Origin: Antedon mediterranea
Lineage: Eukaryota > Animalia > Echinodermata
Length of the DNA: 64,000 nt
Reading direction: 5' to 3'
Assembly (NCBI RefSeq): GCF_964355755.1
Contig: NC_092674.1
Location: 9,424,001-9,488,000, forward strand
Shown: piece by piece, positions 1 to 15,900 of the stretch
Position numbering within the stretch: position 1 is the first letter of the stretch
Layout of the letters: each line of letters opens with the position of its first letter
Made by a program: the position numbers and the translations under genes
The notes under the pieces: model-generated
What the model saw: only the letters and a program-made list of their open reading frames with translations
Told to the model about the DNA's origin: nothing
The model's database searches: none

Positions 1-1692
1 CACCCACACCCCCCCCCCCCCACTGATAAGAAAATGCTTATTTTCAACAAAATCATGTAGTAAAAAAATGTATAAAAGTATGAAACATAGAAGAAATTTT
101 CGATTGATAATCATTAGAATGTAATGTATGATCAATAGGCATTTTTGCTCGCACCTGGCCTTTAAATTCTGCTTTATGGTATCCTTATACCGTACCTGAA
201 ATTTGCCTTCCTATGTTTATAAAGGAATGAAATAATTCCTAAATCCAAGTCTCCCCTCCCCCACCCTCAATTGGCCCCAAAAAACAAATTACCGCTTAAT
301 AATTTCTAAACGTAACCTAGTGTTTTTGTTTTTTGATACGCTAATTACTTTTAATTTAGAAATGTTAAACAAGTACAATGCCCTTATAAGTACATTCAAT
401 AATCATGCTTTTTACTTCAGTTTTAAACGTATTAATAGTGATTAGATAGTAAAAGCATAACTCCCAAGAGTAAACAGCGGAAATGTATAGTTAAGAGAAT
501 TAATGCAAGAGTGTGTATTGATTCCGCGCACTCTGTGTTCAATACAATTGAATAATAAGATTATAGATGTTAAAGTCTATGAGTAGCAATATCTAAATTC
601 AACGAAACAAATATGCCGTGACAGCTAGGGGGTATAGGCAGATCAAATGTTTTGTTTCTGCAACTTTGTTGGACTAGCTGAGTGTAATGCAGTTATTATA
701 ATAAGCTCCTGCTCCAGGTGTCTCAACAAATCCATAAAGTGATTGTAAATATTATTGTGAAATATACTATTCTCTATATAAACAAACAACACAATATTAC
801 ATTAGGATTGTAGTATATTAAAATATGCATTGTAACAAATAAAAACATTTTTTGTTACGGGTGTTGGAGTGCAGGGTGTGGGTGTCTTTTTACTTTTTAA
901 GCAGCAATTTCCTATGATTTGGGTTAGCCATGTTCTTTCAGAATCATTATACCCTGTGATAGAGAGGGGTTTTTTTCTAATCACTGCCTGGTGTTTTCTC
1001 CACCACCCCCTTCCCTCGATAAAATTTCAACCTAAATATTTATATATAGTATGTAACTTAACAGTACTGTAATTGTTCGTAATATGGATAAAAAAATGTC
1101 AAAAACCTAAAATTATAATATCAGACCAACCTTTCTTGTTTGATATATCACATTATATTACATAACTTAACATTTACGAACTATTATTAAAAGTAGTGAG
1201 AGTGGCAGTACCATTTGAATATTGGATATTAAGTGATCAATTCGGTTAATGCAAATTAAAAGCTTTGATAACGGATGGAATTTTGGAAAGTGCATGAAAT
1301 GAAATAGGTCTCGGTTGGGCTATTATATAACTAACCACCCTTAATCTTCCCACTTATGGATTTCCTATTTCTAATGGTTGAGAATTCCTTTGCTATGTTA
1401 CTAAACCTGTAATGCACTTAAATGAATAGTTTGTGGATATCAATTTAACATTGTGCTTTTATCTTTTATACCGAGCAAAATGCACTGTTAAGATATTCAC
1501 GTATATGTATTAAGTAAAGGAAGGATTTTTTAAACTAGTGTCAAAGATACTGTTGATATCAAAAAGTATAGTTTAATAATAATTTCATTTTAACTGTCAA
1601 TATGGCTAATAAACACTAGTAATTAGTTTGGTTTGCGTTTCACCATGTGATTCCAAAAGTAAACAAATCCAACGGGACCTACTGTAGCTTGA

Positions 1693-2127
1693 AGACCCAT
1701 TCCTACAATTTGTGACAATTTGTATCTAAATAATGCATATATATTACTTTAAAAACATTAAACCAGGTCATTCCTTGTCTTTAATGTACGTTTTATGGTA
1801 AATTAAGATAAAAAGAGATAAACAATGCACTACTTAAGTAGCTCGCTGTGAATGTCCTCTCGTTGGCCGTCTTTAGGCCTAGCCTTTTGGCCTCATGCTC
1901 GACTGAAAAGTGGGTGAATTACAAAAGAAAAACAAAAATATCAATCCGCATGCAATGCATGTTGGGATTTATAACGGGCCGCTAAAATAATTAGAATCGC
2001 CTTCTTTTTCACATTTTTAACCATTTAAAGATGAAAAAAGTTATCTCAATAGGACCATAATATTTATTTTTACATTAATGTAGTTTGTGACCTTAAATTA
2101 GATCTAAAAAACATAGGGAATGGGTCT
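1693..2127. mobile_element. Kolobok-like MITE
   Basis: TIR AGACCCATTCC / GGAATGGGTCT; flanks TTGA and TTAA (degenerate TTAA TSD). Confidence 0.65.
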
Positions 2128-5100
2128 TTAAGTTTAGTACTTCATTTTACAAATTTCCTATTTCAAAATCCCGGATCTGTCCCTGTTACAGACATGTAAG
2201 TTTAAACATTGAAATATATTACATCTATACAATAGAGATATTATAGTATTACTATTAACTCAGTTCAACAATATACGCAAAATGTAGAACTATCCAACCG
2301 AAGTAGAAAATTAAAACAAACAAAAGAATCTGAAAATGTATATGGTAAAGTAGGTCTAAATCATCAAATTGTTATTTATATCGGGCTTCATAAAATTAAG
2401 AATGAATTGAAAGCAAATCGGAATTGGCAGATATTAAGCTATACTTTCTTTAAAAGCTTAAGTAGTGAAAACATAGCCACGGATGCCTATTGGGCAAAAG
2501 GCTATGTGACATAGTAACTTGTCCACTATAATATATATTGAGTCAAAGAGGTTTATATTGTAATTACTGGAGAATAGTGAAATCATCTGCTAAAACCAAA
2601 GATAGTATAAACATAAGATAAGATTAGAAATTTAAGTTGAACATTTCCCATAATACTGATTTGAGAGTAAACAATTCTATTAGAATATATTTGTGTTCCT
2701 ATATCATGGAGATATATACGGTAGGCCTGTTTCTATTTAGAGAAAAATACCACTTTAACCGCTCTTTTCAAGAAAATGTTTTCTAGCAGAAATGGGTCCA
2801 TGCGAAAAAAATCTGCAAAAACTGGTTTATGGGGAAGAATTTTTAACTGCAACGCAATTGTGGTCTTAATTTTACCTAAATTCATACAGTCTCTGAATGT
2901 CGCGAATATTGGACTTCTATCTGTGGCTAATAATATTGAAAGTACAAAACTAACCATGAATCTGTGGATAAATAATGATACTATTACAAAACTTCATGGT
3001 CACCAAAAAAGATTGGTGGTAGTTTAAGTAAAAAATAGGTTGCCTACTATAAACTGCATGTTTAAACTAGATATTTTTGTTACTTTGTATCTAAACTTGT
3101 ATTGTACAATAGCAGACTGACCAGGAACATTTTAACATTCAATCGATGAAAGAAACTCTGAACAAAGGCACTTTGTATCCATCATACGAGGGGATCAAAA
3201 GCTTGTTTCTCAATAAATAGCAATATACAGTAATTGATACGAGATAAGAAAGCTTTACAATTACATTACACACGTATTAAGATATTAGGAAAAAGTAAAA
3301 GCAGGTGTATATTGACCAGCAAGTGTTCAGACTCAAAAGTGATATTTTCTATGTGTTATAGGCCTACAATGATACAAATGAGGGTGGATCCAAGCGTATA
3401 ACCCCTTTTTAAAACCAGAGCATCAGAAATGATGAAAAGTATGTAACAAAACTCATGATGAAGAGGGAGTGCTAGAGTCACTACCTTTCCCCTAATATTG
3501 ACAGTTCAAAAGATTGAAGCAATAATGGAATAAGTAGGTAGGTCTACACTAACTTGAACCCCTGAGCACTCCATTTAAGAAATCCAGCCCGTAAATACTG
3601 TCACAAGTGCCGGCCCCACATTTATTATTGTTATAACTGAATAAATGTGTATGAATGCATGAACTGTCAGATATGTAAAAAATGATCTTTATGATATGAC
3701 AGTATCAACTTTCAAATCACAAATTTCAAAACTTTAATTTTAATTCAAAACTAAATCTAATTAATGCTCAATGATTAAAACTTCTTTTATCTTGTTTCAA
3801 AATCTCAATTATTTATGTTTTAACCTTTAAATGTGCTTACTTTAATTGTTTTAATTTGATTTTGATAATTTTAGGTTTAATTTTATATTTTCTTTTGTCC
3901 ATTTATATACTGTATTTTGTTTACATTTATGTAGTTAAGAACTGAACCACTTTGGAAATCAGTACATTGTATTGAAAGTGTATTTCAGAATAAAGAAAGA
4001 TTAAATAAATGGTGCCTTGTTGGAGTGTACAAAGTAAATGGTGATTTTTATAATTCATAGCTAATATTATTTACATGTATGAACTCGACTTTCAAATAAA
4101 AGGTAGATGGATCGATGCTTTAAAATGCAGTAATAATGTATGGTAGGATAAATGAATGAGGAGGAAGCCTTGAATCATCTTCTATTTACTGTAATTTGTA
4201 ACATTGAAATGGAGAATCAATGTAAAATTTTAAAATCTGTTATTGATTTTTCTCTTAAAAACAATGACTGATTGTCATACAATTATTTCTCATACTACAT
4301 ATATTTTTTATGGTTACTGTAGATTTAATTACAGTCAATCGTTACTTGTTTTAATTAGTACACAAGTACTGCAAAAGCTCATTACAATATAGATGTATAT
4401 CCTAAAGTCTAATTTATTTGGCTTACAGAGTGAAGTGTTTAATGTACGAGCACAATACGACAGTGATCACACGACAAACTGTGAGTACGCTACTACGCTA
4501 AAATCAGTGATTCAAGTTCATTGAACTTGGCTTAAGTAGCCAATAGTAGTAGCCAGTAGTATTATTTTTTATAATACACAAACTCTCATGATCATTACAT
4601 CTATGAATAACTAACATGAGTCAACATATGTTAAATATGATTTTTTTTAAATGGAATGAAGATTATATTATGAGGCATGGCAACTTTAGATTGATTTTTG
4701 AAGTATCCTTTCATTTTTTTATTATGTTCAATTATGGGTCATGTCAAAATTGTTATAATTACTGCAGTAACTACATTTTGTTTACTCTTTTGGGTAATCA
4801 TACACACTGTTTACTGCAGTTACCAACTTCTACATTGAAACAAACTCAAATCATATATTATTGTAGTAAAAAGAAGTAGTTACTGCAGTAGCTGCAGAAG
4901 AATAAAAATATAGAAATTGATATAGTGACGTATGTATGGGTTAAGGGTTTCCTCCCAAAGGTAATTGTAACCTGCCTTATGATTACTTAATTAATGCAGA
5001 AGTGTGTGTATGTGTATGTGTGTATAGAATTTAAATAAGATTATGTATACACAACACGAACTTCATTGCATTAATAGTGCTGTTAGATCTTATTCCATTA

Positions 5101-5689
5101 ACAAAGCAATTATAGGAAGAGAATTAACCTATGGTTTGTAAGTACTGAGTAGTGAAATCATTTCTAATTTTAGACAAGTATGTCGTTATGCAGTGAAGAG
5201 AGAAAAATCAAAATATAGTCTGTGGCTGATTTAGAGACGAAGGGAGCATCTCCTCTGTACCCCCTTCCACCCATAAGCTTGAATTCTTTTTAGCCTAGTA
5301 TTATAATTAAATTTAGATTAATTAAATTTATTTATTATTGGCCTTACAGAATATCATACTCTATTTTGTTTACCTAATTCCTCTTCGCCTTTCTGAACCC
5401 ATCACTGGATAAATACATATGTATAACAATTAACATGTAAAGAAAAAGTCTTAAGAATTAAAACACAGCAACCTAGATGGTCTCGGCATAAATGTTGAAC
5501 TGAATAACTATGATTAATTTGCATGTTTAGCTTGTAGTTACAATATCCAATTAAAGTTTGAGTATGGATAGCAACACTCATGATCCAATAATCTAATTAA
5601 TAATAAAGACGTAGGCCTAGTACAAATGGAATTTCTCATATCCAATGGATTATTCCTTTCAAGAAATTCATTCAGCCAATAAATACGTT

Positions 5690-6000
5690 GTCTGATCCTG
5701 ACATTGGTAAAGTTCTCTGTCTCTTGCGCATCTGAAAGTAAGTTTTACTTTCTTTCTTTTTCATATATCTTTCCTGTCACTCAGTTTTCTAGGCTTTCCT
5801 GGCAATGTATGGCAATATTATTAAATGACATAGTCGTTTCTTCCTTCTTACTCTTTCCAGTTCATCTTTCTTGTTTATTCACAGTTTCCCGAGACTTTCC
5901 ACATGTGAGGAAAACTCTCAATTTTTAGTCATACATTTACATACATACAAGTCAATGTTGGTGTTGAATATTTAGCAATATTTAGCGAAAATAATCCTTC
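5690..6000 (-). mobile_element. Possible degraded RTE-like LINE 3' fragment
   Basis: The minus strand gives broken peptide pieces (E-SLEN..TGKIYEKR) resembling the C-terminus of RTE ORFs. Many disruptions; boundaries approximate. Confidence 0.3.
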
Positions 6001-7773
6001 CTTAAAAGTGTAGTCTTGCTCTCTCTTTATTCATCTTTCTTGATTTTCTCAATTCTTCAAGACTCTCTAGCCAGATGTGCTTCTACCCCCAACCACCCCC
6101 ACAAAACACATTCAACCACCCCGTTCTTATTTCCGAAATCCAATAATTGGATTGGATTTTTCCTCTTGATGTTTTCATACTCTTCAGCTTATATCGGTCC
6201 TTCTTTTTTACTGATGGATTGAACAAAAACTTTGTGTATGCATAATATTCATCATGAATATTTACCACAGATACAAGCCAACAAAACAAATATTTTACGC
6301 ATCTTCATAGCATCATGTTTCAATTGTCGCAAGCCAAAGACGCCGCAGGAAAACCCCGAGGATTTTAATAACGCAAAATAAACATTGGAAAGAATAGTCA
6401 TTATCGTTATCACGTTATAAAGGTAATGCAATCAATAGAAACTTGTGATTTATGAATAAGATTTTTAAAAACAAAGGAATATTGTGTGTGCTAGAATTGA
6501 TTAATGTCCCAGAGAAGAAACCGTAAATAGATTAATTTTCATGTAATATAAAGGCAGAAACTTTCTCATATAATTGAACAATTTCCAGCAATGAACATTT
6601 ACTATTATATGCGTGAACAACAAAAGAAAGCACTGCAATGATAATAAAAATTGTAATAGAGATAAATCAATATTGTTATTAAACATAAACACATAATATT
6701 GGAGTTGTACTGTACAAGAATTTAGTTTGGAAAACTTCAATTTGTCAATGTATGAAAAAATAAATAATACATTTTTAAATTATTTATTTCAGTATTTGTA
6801 ATTTAATCTAATGCATTTCTAGTCTTTTAATTTTGTTTTTTTTTCTATGGTCAATTGTGGTCTGTCTTTTTTTTATAATAATTGTAAAGCACAAAGTTTA
6901 CCCTCTAGGATTTCTTTTTTGTATAAAAAATAAATAAAAATATATATAACAAATAAAAATACAACCTCTTCAAACTCTTCCAAATCTGAAATTTTTAAAA
7001 ATGTTGAATTTTCTTTATCATTTAAAATGCTTTATTCTTCTAAAATTGCATTACAAAACCAGATTTCCAGAATTTACTGTATACATTGTATAAACCTCTA
7101 AACTGAATGCCCAGGTGACCCATCAGAACAGGTGGACATATATACAAATATGAAACATTTGTCAAGGTCATGACCTTGAAATTGGAAGTTTCCAGTGGTG
7201 TGCAACCAGGTGTATTATCTTTATCCAAAGTAAAATCTATCTTTCAATTATTTCAAAGTTACTTATTTTAAGTCATTACTAATTGAAAATCATTAATTAA
7301 TTGCAAGGCCACCCTCAGACTGAGCATCTTCCAATTATAAGATCATTGCCTAACATTGCCTCTTGGTTTATTTTGATAGTGTTCATTATCTGTTTGACTC
7401 TTGTAGGTCAGCCCACCAATGTTTTTATAGTCAGCCAAGTTTCAAGAGCTCATTATCTATATATCATTAAATTTTCACCTTAATACTGATCACCATGGTA
7501 CCAGCACAGAGCTAATGATTATTATATGTGATTTATGGTGTTCATGTCTAGGATTGCTGCAAATATTCCCACACCAACTTTATATTGCATAGGCTTATTA
7601 CATTATTGGCCTATTTAATACACTTTTTATATAATCATTGCACATATGGAATATTTATTCTGAAATAAAGTGATCAAATCAAAATATCGATATACTCTTA
7701 TATTTTTTAAGATTCACTAATAGTATACTGAATAATAATACTTAAAATACATTTGTCTAATTGTACTGAGCTA

Positions 7774-7998
7774 CAGTAGTAGAACCTCTATTAAGGGGAC
7801 ACCTTCATGACCCAACAAAGTGTCCAAAATAAATAGGGTTGGAGCTTGTTTGTTTCATTGGAAAGTGTCCCCTTAATAGGAGTAAAGCGCAGTTTGTTTG
7901 CTATTTATTGCTATGACCAATCCTGCGCCTTAGTGCTTAATAGTTGGCTGAAGTGTGAGTTGGGAAAATGTCCCTTTAGAATAAATAGGAGAGTACTG
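7774..7998. mobile_element. Degraded Tigger/pogo-like MITE
   Basis: TA-CAGT..ACTG-TA ends; internal GGGGACAC/GTGTCCCC motifs in opposite orientations. Confidence 0.5.
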
Positions 7999-10900
7999 TA
8001 TTGCACTTGGGAAAACATTCCTGATTATTGTTACCATGCACAAATTATATTTTGGAAAGTGCGCCCTCTACAATTGCATGGGCCATTCATTCTGTCTGTA
8101 TAATTTGAGTTCCCTCTGTCATGAATCTGTGTAAACTTTAGATTTGTGATATATGTATATATATAATATATAATGTAATTTGGCAATGCCATTGAAATGC
8201 TAATGTTGGCGTACAGTGAAAAAGGTAACGCATACAATATAATTGATTTATTATTTTGTTTTTGTAAGGTTTTTCTTTTAGCTTGAAACTACATTATAAT
8301 CTTAATGTGACATTTTTGAAATCCACCTGTAATCTGTATGGAGTATGTCCAGGTGACTTACCTTTAATAGAAGAAACGTGACATTGTTAAATGATTTGCA
8401 TTTTCGATTCATTTCGCTTTACCTTGATCATTCCTCATCTAGAAACCATTGGGAGCAATCACTAGTGAATGCAAACCGAAAGCCATAATTGATTACGAGC
8501 CAGTACAAAAATCTATGTTTTCCTTTATACACAGAATTTGTTAAATCCTCATAAAAACTAGCGATGTATAGACATGGTAATCATTTCTTTAATGGCCTTT
8601 GTAGTTGGACACTCCCAAGATACAATTTCATGATATCTGCTGAGGTAAACTTGGGATTACTGGCCCATTAATTTGTACGTTCCATCTATAGCCAATTATA
8701 GCATTATTCTAACTTAAAGGATTATACTCCAAGTCCAAGATTACCTATGTACTTTTCATCGACAGGTTTTTTATTTTTATTGGACTACTATGATGGAAGC
8801 AACTTTGAATTTATTTGCCTATAAAAATCATCAGAATGTTTAATAATTCATATATCATTTGGAATTCAATTCCTTATCCAGCCATTAATTCTTTAAAAGT
8901 ATAATTATTTTTATAACAAAAATTACACCTCAGGGTTAAAAATAGTAGAATTTTTACAGGGGGTTTATTTTTAAGTAAATAAGGGGAAGTATCCTAATTA
9001 GCTATTAAAGGTAGTTAGGCATGTTTACCATCACTGTTGCTGGCCTCTAGTTTGAAAAGGTTGACCCTCTGAGGATGGGCTTATATATTGCTTGTGCATA
9101 TACAATTTGTGCATGTAAGGGAACAGTAAATTTATATACCCACACCAACTGAAACAGAAAGAGAGGCAGATGATTCCATAAAATGTGAACTAGATAGATG
9201 TGGAAAGAACACTTCTACTTAAACTCTGGGCACATATTAATTTATTTGCAAATTACTTTTTATTGTGTTTCTAATGTGAATTAAGGAGGTTTGGAGCCTT
9301 CTCTATTCACCTCTTTAGTTAAGCCATTTTATCTATTTATGTATTCACTGAAAGCCAAGCTTTCAATAAGAAAAACAAAACAGCCATTAACGTTAAAGTT
9401 CACATAAACTGTGTTACTTAAATTGCTTAAAGAGAACGAATAAAAACACAAACAGATTTAGATTACTTTAATCACCCAGAGAGATGACAACTACTAAAAC
9501 CATGTTCCATGGGTCAATTGTGAATGTGACTAAGGTACATTTTTAAACTATGAGGTAATTATGTATAATATAAGTGCTGGTTTCACAAAATGATATAAAA
9601 TGAGTCATTCACTGGATTTAGATTTAGGATCTTCCTTCTTTATAGCAATATTTATTTTTCTTTCCAGTAATAATATCGATTATGTTTCTATATAAACAAC
9701 AGATATAGCCATTTTTATACTTAGTTATAGGCAATATTTTTAGTACAATTTCAGAGCCTGTAGGCCGAATTTGCAGGGGAAGATTTTCTATCAAACTTGA
9801 AAAACATTTTTTCATAGTCATAGGCCTATTTAACATCGCTTTCTCTTAACATCACTTTCTCTGCTTGTCTCTAGTTTGAAATAAGCATTGCTGGGAAAAA
9901 GGGAGGTTCACTACAGGCTTGACACTCCCTGTTACTGTACTTCTGAGGTTCCATTGAACCTGGAAAAACTTGATGATAGACAGAATATTGTAGAGTAGAC
10001 TCTTTTCTAGGGTTCCCTTAGAAAATTTAATGAGCATTATAATGGTCTCAAGTACCTCATTTGACCATGCCACTTCGAGCTCTCCATGAGTAAGCTGCAC
10101 TTCAACCTCTCATAATGGTCCTGAAGCAATTACAGAACACTTTACTAATCTTTCTTTACATTGAAATGTGCCATTGATCACACAAGCAGATTACAAAGAT
10201 TAATCCATGATCAATGCTAAATCAAGAATATAAATATGGTCATCCAAATCATGAGAAATGTATAGAGGCAAACTATTCCATATAAGGAACGTGGAAATCA
10301 TGAATTATTAATTATTTGTATCATTGTCTGTGAACATATACCCATTTTGTAAGTAATTCTAAACACTCTAAAATAATTTTTCTCTTGCTGTGGAGAAAAG
10401 ATATTGGTTCAAATTCTATCAACATAATGCAAAGTACACAGGCATTCGGCTACACAGAAGGCTCGCTCGGTGGAAAGTATTTTCATATTCAATATTTAGC
10501 TCTACAGGACTGGATACAGAATGTTGGAAAGAAAATGGAACTTCATTCTGGGTATAGGTTATTCTCCATAGACTAATAGCCCTTTTGCCTTTCTTCAAAT
10601 AATATATTTAACTGTACCATTGATGATTATAGTTAAAAGTACAAATGCAATAAATGTTTTGAAGATGTTTACTTGACTATTTTGTAGACATTTTCTAGTC
10701 ATGGCATTCTAAAGACATTAATTATTTCACAACAACATGTTTATCCTTTCTTGTTGCTATATGACATTTACAATAATTCACTACTTTTACCTGAACATTC
10801 CCAAACATATCTACTAATTAAATTGACACATCATGGCAACTTTTGAATCTGCCATAGGCTTTAATTAAGTGTATTAGTTAGCAAGATAATTATCTTTACT

Positions 10901-11752
10901 CAAGAACACAGACATGAACTTCTCTGACAGGTCTCAAATTCAAGGTTAGGTTAATTTGATAATTTGATAAATACATAATTCCATACAATAGTAGTTTCCT
11001 AATTAATCAGGTTGGCTGTTACCTGTAGGGGTTTTGGTCTTCATATATAATTTATTCAGGAAATACCTATATTTAGCATTACATCTATCAAGACCAAGTA
11101 TGTTGGTCTTAAATTGGAGGAGTATTTAATAAAAGTAAACTATTCAGTCAATAGATCTTGTTAGAGTGGCAGGTACAAGGCTTACAAATTTCCAGGACCA
11201 TAATGAGAACCTTTTCATCTCTCCGTGTATTTAAATTTGTATTTTTTAAATATATTTTTGCTCAATATTACACAGATGTGCATTATTCTTATGAGCCTTG
11301 CCAAAGTACAATGTTTACCAAAATGTAGGTGCTGTGTTGAGGGTTTGTTTGATGTCACCAATTCAAAGTTAAGAAAAAAAACTATTATGGTTAGAAATAA
11401 TTTCAATTTGTGTTTTCTCAATATTGCACAGGTGTCAACACCACATTACAATGTTAACCAATCAACATCAGATCTCTTCATAGCAGAAAAAATCTAGTTG
11501 CAGAAGTAGAGCTTTGATTTGATGTTCTCAATCAATATTCACAAATAATTATTGGATTTTCATTAGAAAACTTTGAACAATTTAAGAAATTATAGATCCT
11601 CTACTATATCTCATTAAAAAATAATTGTACCTGCTATAACGTACATCCAAATATATCAATTATTTTTACATTTGTACTAATTAATTTGTAATATTTAATA
11701 AGAAATAAGATATTTAATATGGTATTGTATAAATTTATACTTTTGCAGACAA

Positions 11753-11908
11753 TTAAGTCTATTGGCCTTCCATATGTGTTTTCTTGATGTTTTCTCTCAC
11801 TCTCGTATGTAGTTTATTAAAAAATTGCTAAGAAAGATGCGAGAATAGCCGACTTATGAGATGAAGAGAAAACATCAAGATAGCACAAGAATGCCAAACT
11901 AAGACTAT
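11753..11908. mobile_element. Palindromic MITE
   Basis: Arms TCTTGATGTTTTCTC / GAGAAAACATCAAGA with imperfect outer AGTCT..AGACT ends. Confidence 0.55.
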
Positions 11909-12599
11909 TCTGCAAAATATTGTATACAAATACATAAATTATTAGGAAACATTAAAAACAATTTGTAAGTATATAACTTTTTATTTTTCAAACAGTTACC
12001 CTTAAGAATAATAACATGTTTCATTAAACTCATCATGTCATCCACATCATAACCACATACATTGACTGATTTCAGTGTTAAAAATCTATCTCGTGGTAGT
12101 GATTGATGTTGAATGGACATTGATGGAATATTGATCTCCACAGGAGACCATGTTAGCCATGGTCAATCCTATATCACTTACAATTTTCACTGTCACTGCC
12201 CAAGTCATCATGGTCAATGTGACCTCACACTAATAACTTTGACCAGACCATTGGTCAAACGAAAATAATGAGGTAGAAAGCAAATGGTAAAAATCGGTTT
12301 AGTAGTTTTTAATGGTGTCAATATTCAATGAATGTACTGGTTTTCTAGAAGCTCAAAACTTTTCTTTCTATACGAAGGTGATTCTGATCCTCAATACAGG
12401 GGCATCAAATATTTAAAATATAATATACGGACGTGCCCCTAATTATGCAGGTTACATGTTTTTGTAGAAGTTTATACCCACAGAGAGTAACACTTAATCA
12501 TGTGTTATACTGTACAAGGTTCTTAAAACTTGGCCACAAAAGTCCATTACCCACTTCAGTTACTAGGCCTGACATTCTAGCATTACATCTTTATCATTG

Positions 12600-12911
12600 A
12601 TTGAAATATATATTTATACTGGGTAACCTCTTCAGTCAAAGACTGGTCTCCCAGAGGGCCCAGTTGGTGATCAGTGGCTGTGATGTACTAATACACCGGG
12701 GTAACCCCCTACTCGTCTCGAAAGATGTACTAGGTTCTTTAAAGTGCACACGAGCAAGTTGTGTACACTGGACCTACGGTTTATAGTCCTTATCCGAGAA
12801 GACTCGTTCTACCACCAGAACCATGAAGTGAGTGAGCCTCGAACCCCTGCCGATGTTATGGCTACGTGATTACGGTTCCACTGTCTTAACCGCTCGGCCA
12901 CTCACCCACCC
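12600..12911 (-). mobile_element. tRNA-derived SINE with Deu/Nin-like central domain
   Basis: Minus strand: A box TGGCCGAGCGG, B box GGTTCGAGGC, central TAAACCGTAGGTCC..TTAAAGAACC..GAGTAGGGGTTACCCCGG resembling the Deu/Nin core. Candidate TSD ATCATTG (12593-99, 12912-18). Confidence 0.75.
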
Positions 12912-15900
12912 ATCATTGGCAGATTAATCATAGATGAATCCTGTGCACTTTGTTTGTCCACTGTTGGCTCTTCTATTCATTTTATGAAATGAGAGTGTGT
13001 TTTCATTAAAGGCCTACACATGTTTGATATTGCATGCATCCACAAACACAGGGTATCAACATATTGGAATTGTACTTGGAAAGTTTTAAACTATATTTGA
13101 AAACCACCTTTGTCAGATATCTCCTATTTAAAATTATTACGCCTGATCTGTGACCACACACCGATAAACACTTTGAACTCATAATTAAAACACCATTTTC
13201 AAAAATACGATACATTATCTTTTAAATGTGACTGACACCGACTTTATCAGGTTTTTCATCAATTTTTGCTCATTAGAAAAGGTCAGTCATTATGCCTAAC
13301 ACTTAATTATTTATTGAGGGGACAACTTCTGATGTCATTCAATGTTGTCATTTTATACCATGTCATTTGGTTCATTGTGGCAACCTATCAGATTGCCTGG
13401 TGTCTCTAATGATCAATTAAATTCTCTATCTCTATATCAAAATAGATTTGATTTCCAAGTTCAAACATTATGATTCATTGACATGTGGCAAAGAACACTG
13501 AAAAGTAAGAATATGCTGCTTGTTTTTTTATCGCAATTTATTTGAAGGTTGCATCATCAACTATACTATACTTATAGTTTATTTACCAATACCAGAGGCT
13601 TACCGTCCCCGCACGTTATATTAATTATTATTTGCGGCTCAAATACTCGGTGTGTAATTGTTATGCTCTGACCTCCTATTTCAAAATGATCCTCCAAGGC
13701 TATTGTTGCCACCCCTATCCCCAATCTTATATACAATGCTGGATCCTCCTATGATATACCACAGCTAGATTTAAAAAAGAGAGGAATGATATGAGGAGCT
13801 TGTTTTTACCTGATGAGGAATCAAGTAAAATATAAATGTTTAATTGTTATAATAGGTACAGTATATAATGGGCAGCATCTACCCAGGTAAAGTAGTCAAA
13901 CCACTGATGACCTGTATACCTCAATCCAAATTTCCTTCTTTAAATTTCATGCTTTATTTCACCCATATCAACTGGAGTATGACCGATTCTATAGATTTGT
14001 GTTTGATCGTGAATTTATAGCTGCAGATATTTCATAAGTAAGTCCATAGAGGTTTTAATAAATTGAACATTAACACTTGGGATCAATTTCATATTGAATA
14101 AATCAATAACATAAAGTTAAATTATTGAAATTGTTCCTTCATCCAATACAGTGAGATTAATATATTATATATTATTAACTAAGCCCACAACATGGACATT
14201 TTCACCCATCACCCATCCACTTATTTTAAAGTTGTATATAAACATGGAGGTATACCTCCGTGATAACTAGCTTCCTCACTGAAACTGCAAAGCAGTGGTG
14301 AGTCCAGGATTTTGAAATGTACTTAATGATGAACACCTACTTAATGTCCTATCCTTTACATTGCAAAATTATTATTATGGAAATTATTATTTGTTTTAAT
14401 GTATAATCATACATAGTCCCTCAAAAAACCCACATCTAAAGGGAAAATTTTCCTATAAGGCACTTATTATGATAATGTATAAAGCACAAATATTACTTTT
14501 TTTATTTAACAATCAGACATATAACATTTATCCACTCCCATGAGACATGTGAAAACACATTTCCATTCATTCTAATGATTTTCACAATGTTATTACTTCT
14601 AAATTTTGATTCAAGTCACGATGATTATCGAGTCTGCTTTATCCACTGAAATCTGGTTTTGGTTCATTTCTAATAACCTTGGCATACAGAACCACACTGT
14701 GATAATTCATAACACATTTCGACATTGATTTTTTTAAAATATTATAAATTCATATGGTGATGAAATTAAGCAATTCATATTTGTGTACTTACTAGGGATT
14801 GTGCAAACCAATTGAGATGTCAAGCACTTTGTATGTTAGAAAATTTAATATGATTAATCAAATATTTCGTGAAAATAATAACACATCTTGTTGAAGAATT
14901 GACAGATTACATTTTTGTGTCACATTAAAAACACATATTTTTTTTAAATAATGATTATGATGTTGCTTGTTAGACCTGAATCTTTTTTCTTGGTTGTTTG
15001 ATGCTCAGCTACAAGAGTTCTGGTTTCATCTTCGACTCCACTCCAAGAGACTTTTGTTATGTAGAGCAATCTCGTGTATATTTTTGTCTTGTGAATAGGT
15101 ACTAAATGAGTTTGCTTATGGTTATCCTTGGCAATTTTCCTAAATATATACGTACATATTAGTTAAAAACTAATATATACAGTAGAGAATAGTCTGTCAA
15201 AAATAGATCAAAAAGTATTTCATAAGTTCATTTTAGGAGTGTCAAAAAAGGGGAAAGCATGTGAGGGACTCAAGCACAATCCTCTGAATCCGACCCTGTT
15301 TTGTCAGTATTTTCAGACAGTGTATCATAGTACTTGTATGTTTTAAACCAAAATGTTAGAGGGGATTACCACACTCTGTAAATGTTATTGAAAATTCTCT
15401 GAATCTTTATACACAACCCTGGAAAGAAACTTCCTAGATATGCCCCTAACATAAATTCTAGGATTACCAAGTGTAACATAATGTGAATGAATATGAATTA
15501 CGCAATAGAGCATATCTAATAGAACGTGCCTGTCCACAAGAAGAATTATATAACTATACCTTTAATGAGAAAAAAGATAGATAGGGTACTTTAAGCAATG
15601 AAACATCTCTAATTTAACATATTCTGTTGAATGTCCGTGAACTTCTGAACCGAATACGGTAAATAATAAAGGAAATATCTCTGACCTATATTTACATGGG
15701 AATTTAAACATTACAATGTAATATAAAGACAGTATATCCTAATATTGAGGTATAGCATTTCCAAACCATATGTTTTATCACTACAAACAAGTGTAATAAA
15801 TATTTGCATTAGTTTGACTCTTTAATAACAACTTATTCAAAAAGTGTTCTGTAATGCAAATGACTGTATTTGCATAAATTTGCATTATGAAGATAATAAT

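Noticed and set aside
8362-8438. Possible minus-strand exon with a GTAAGT donor
   Set aside because: Isolated splice-like signals with no partner exons or recognisable peptide.
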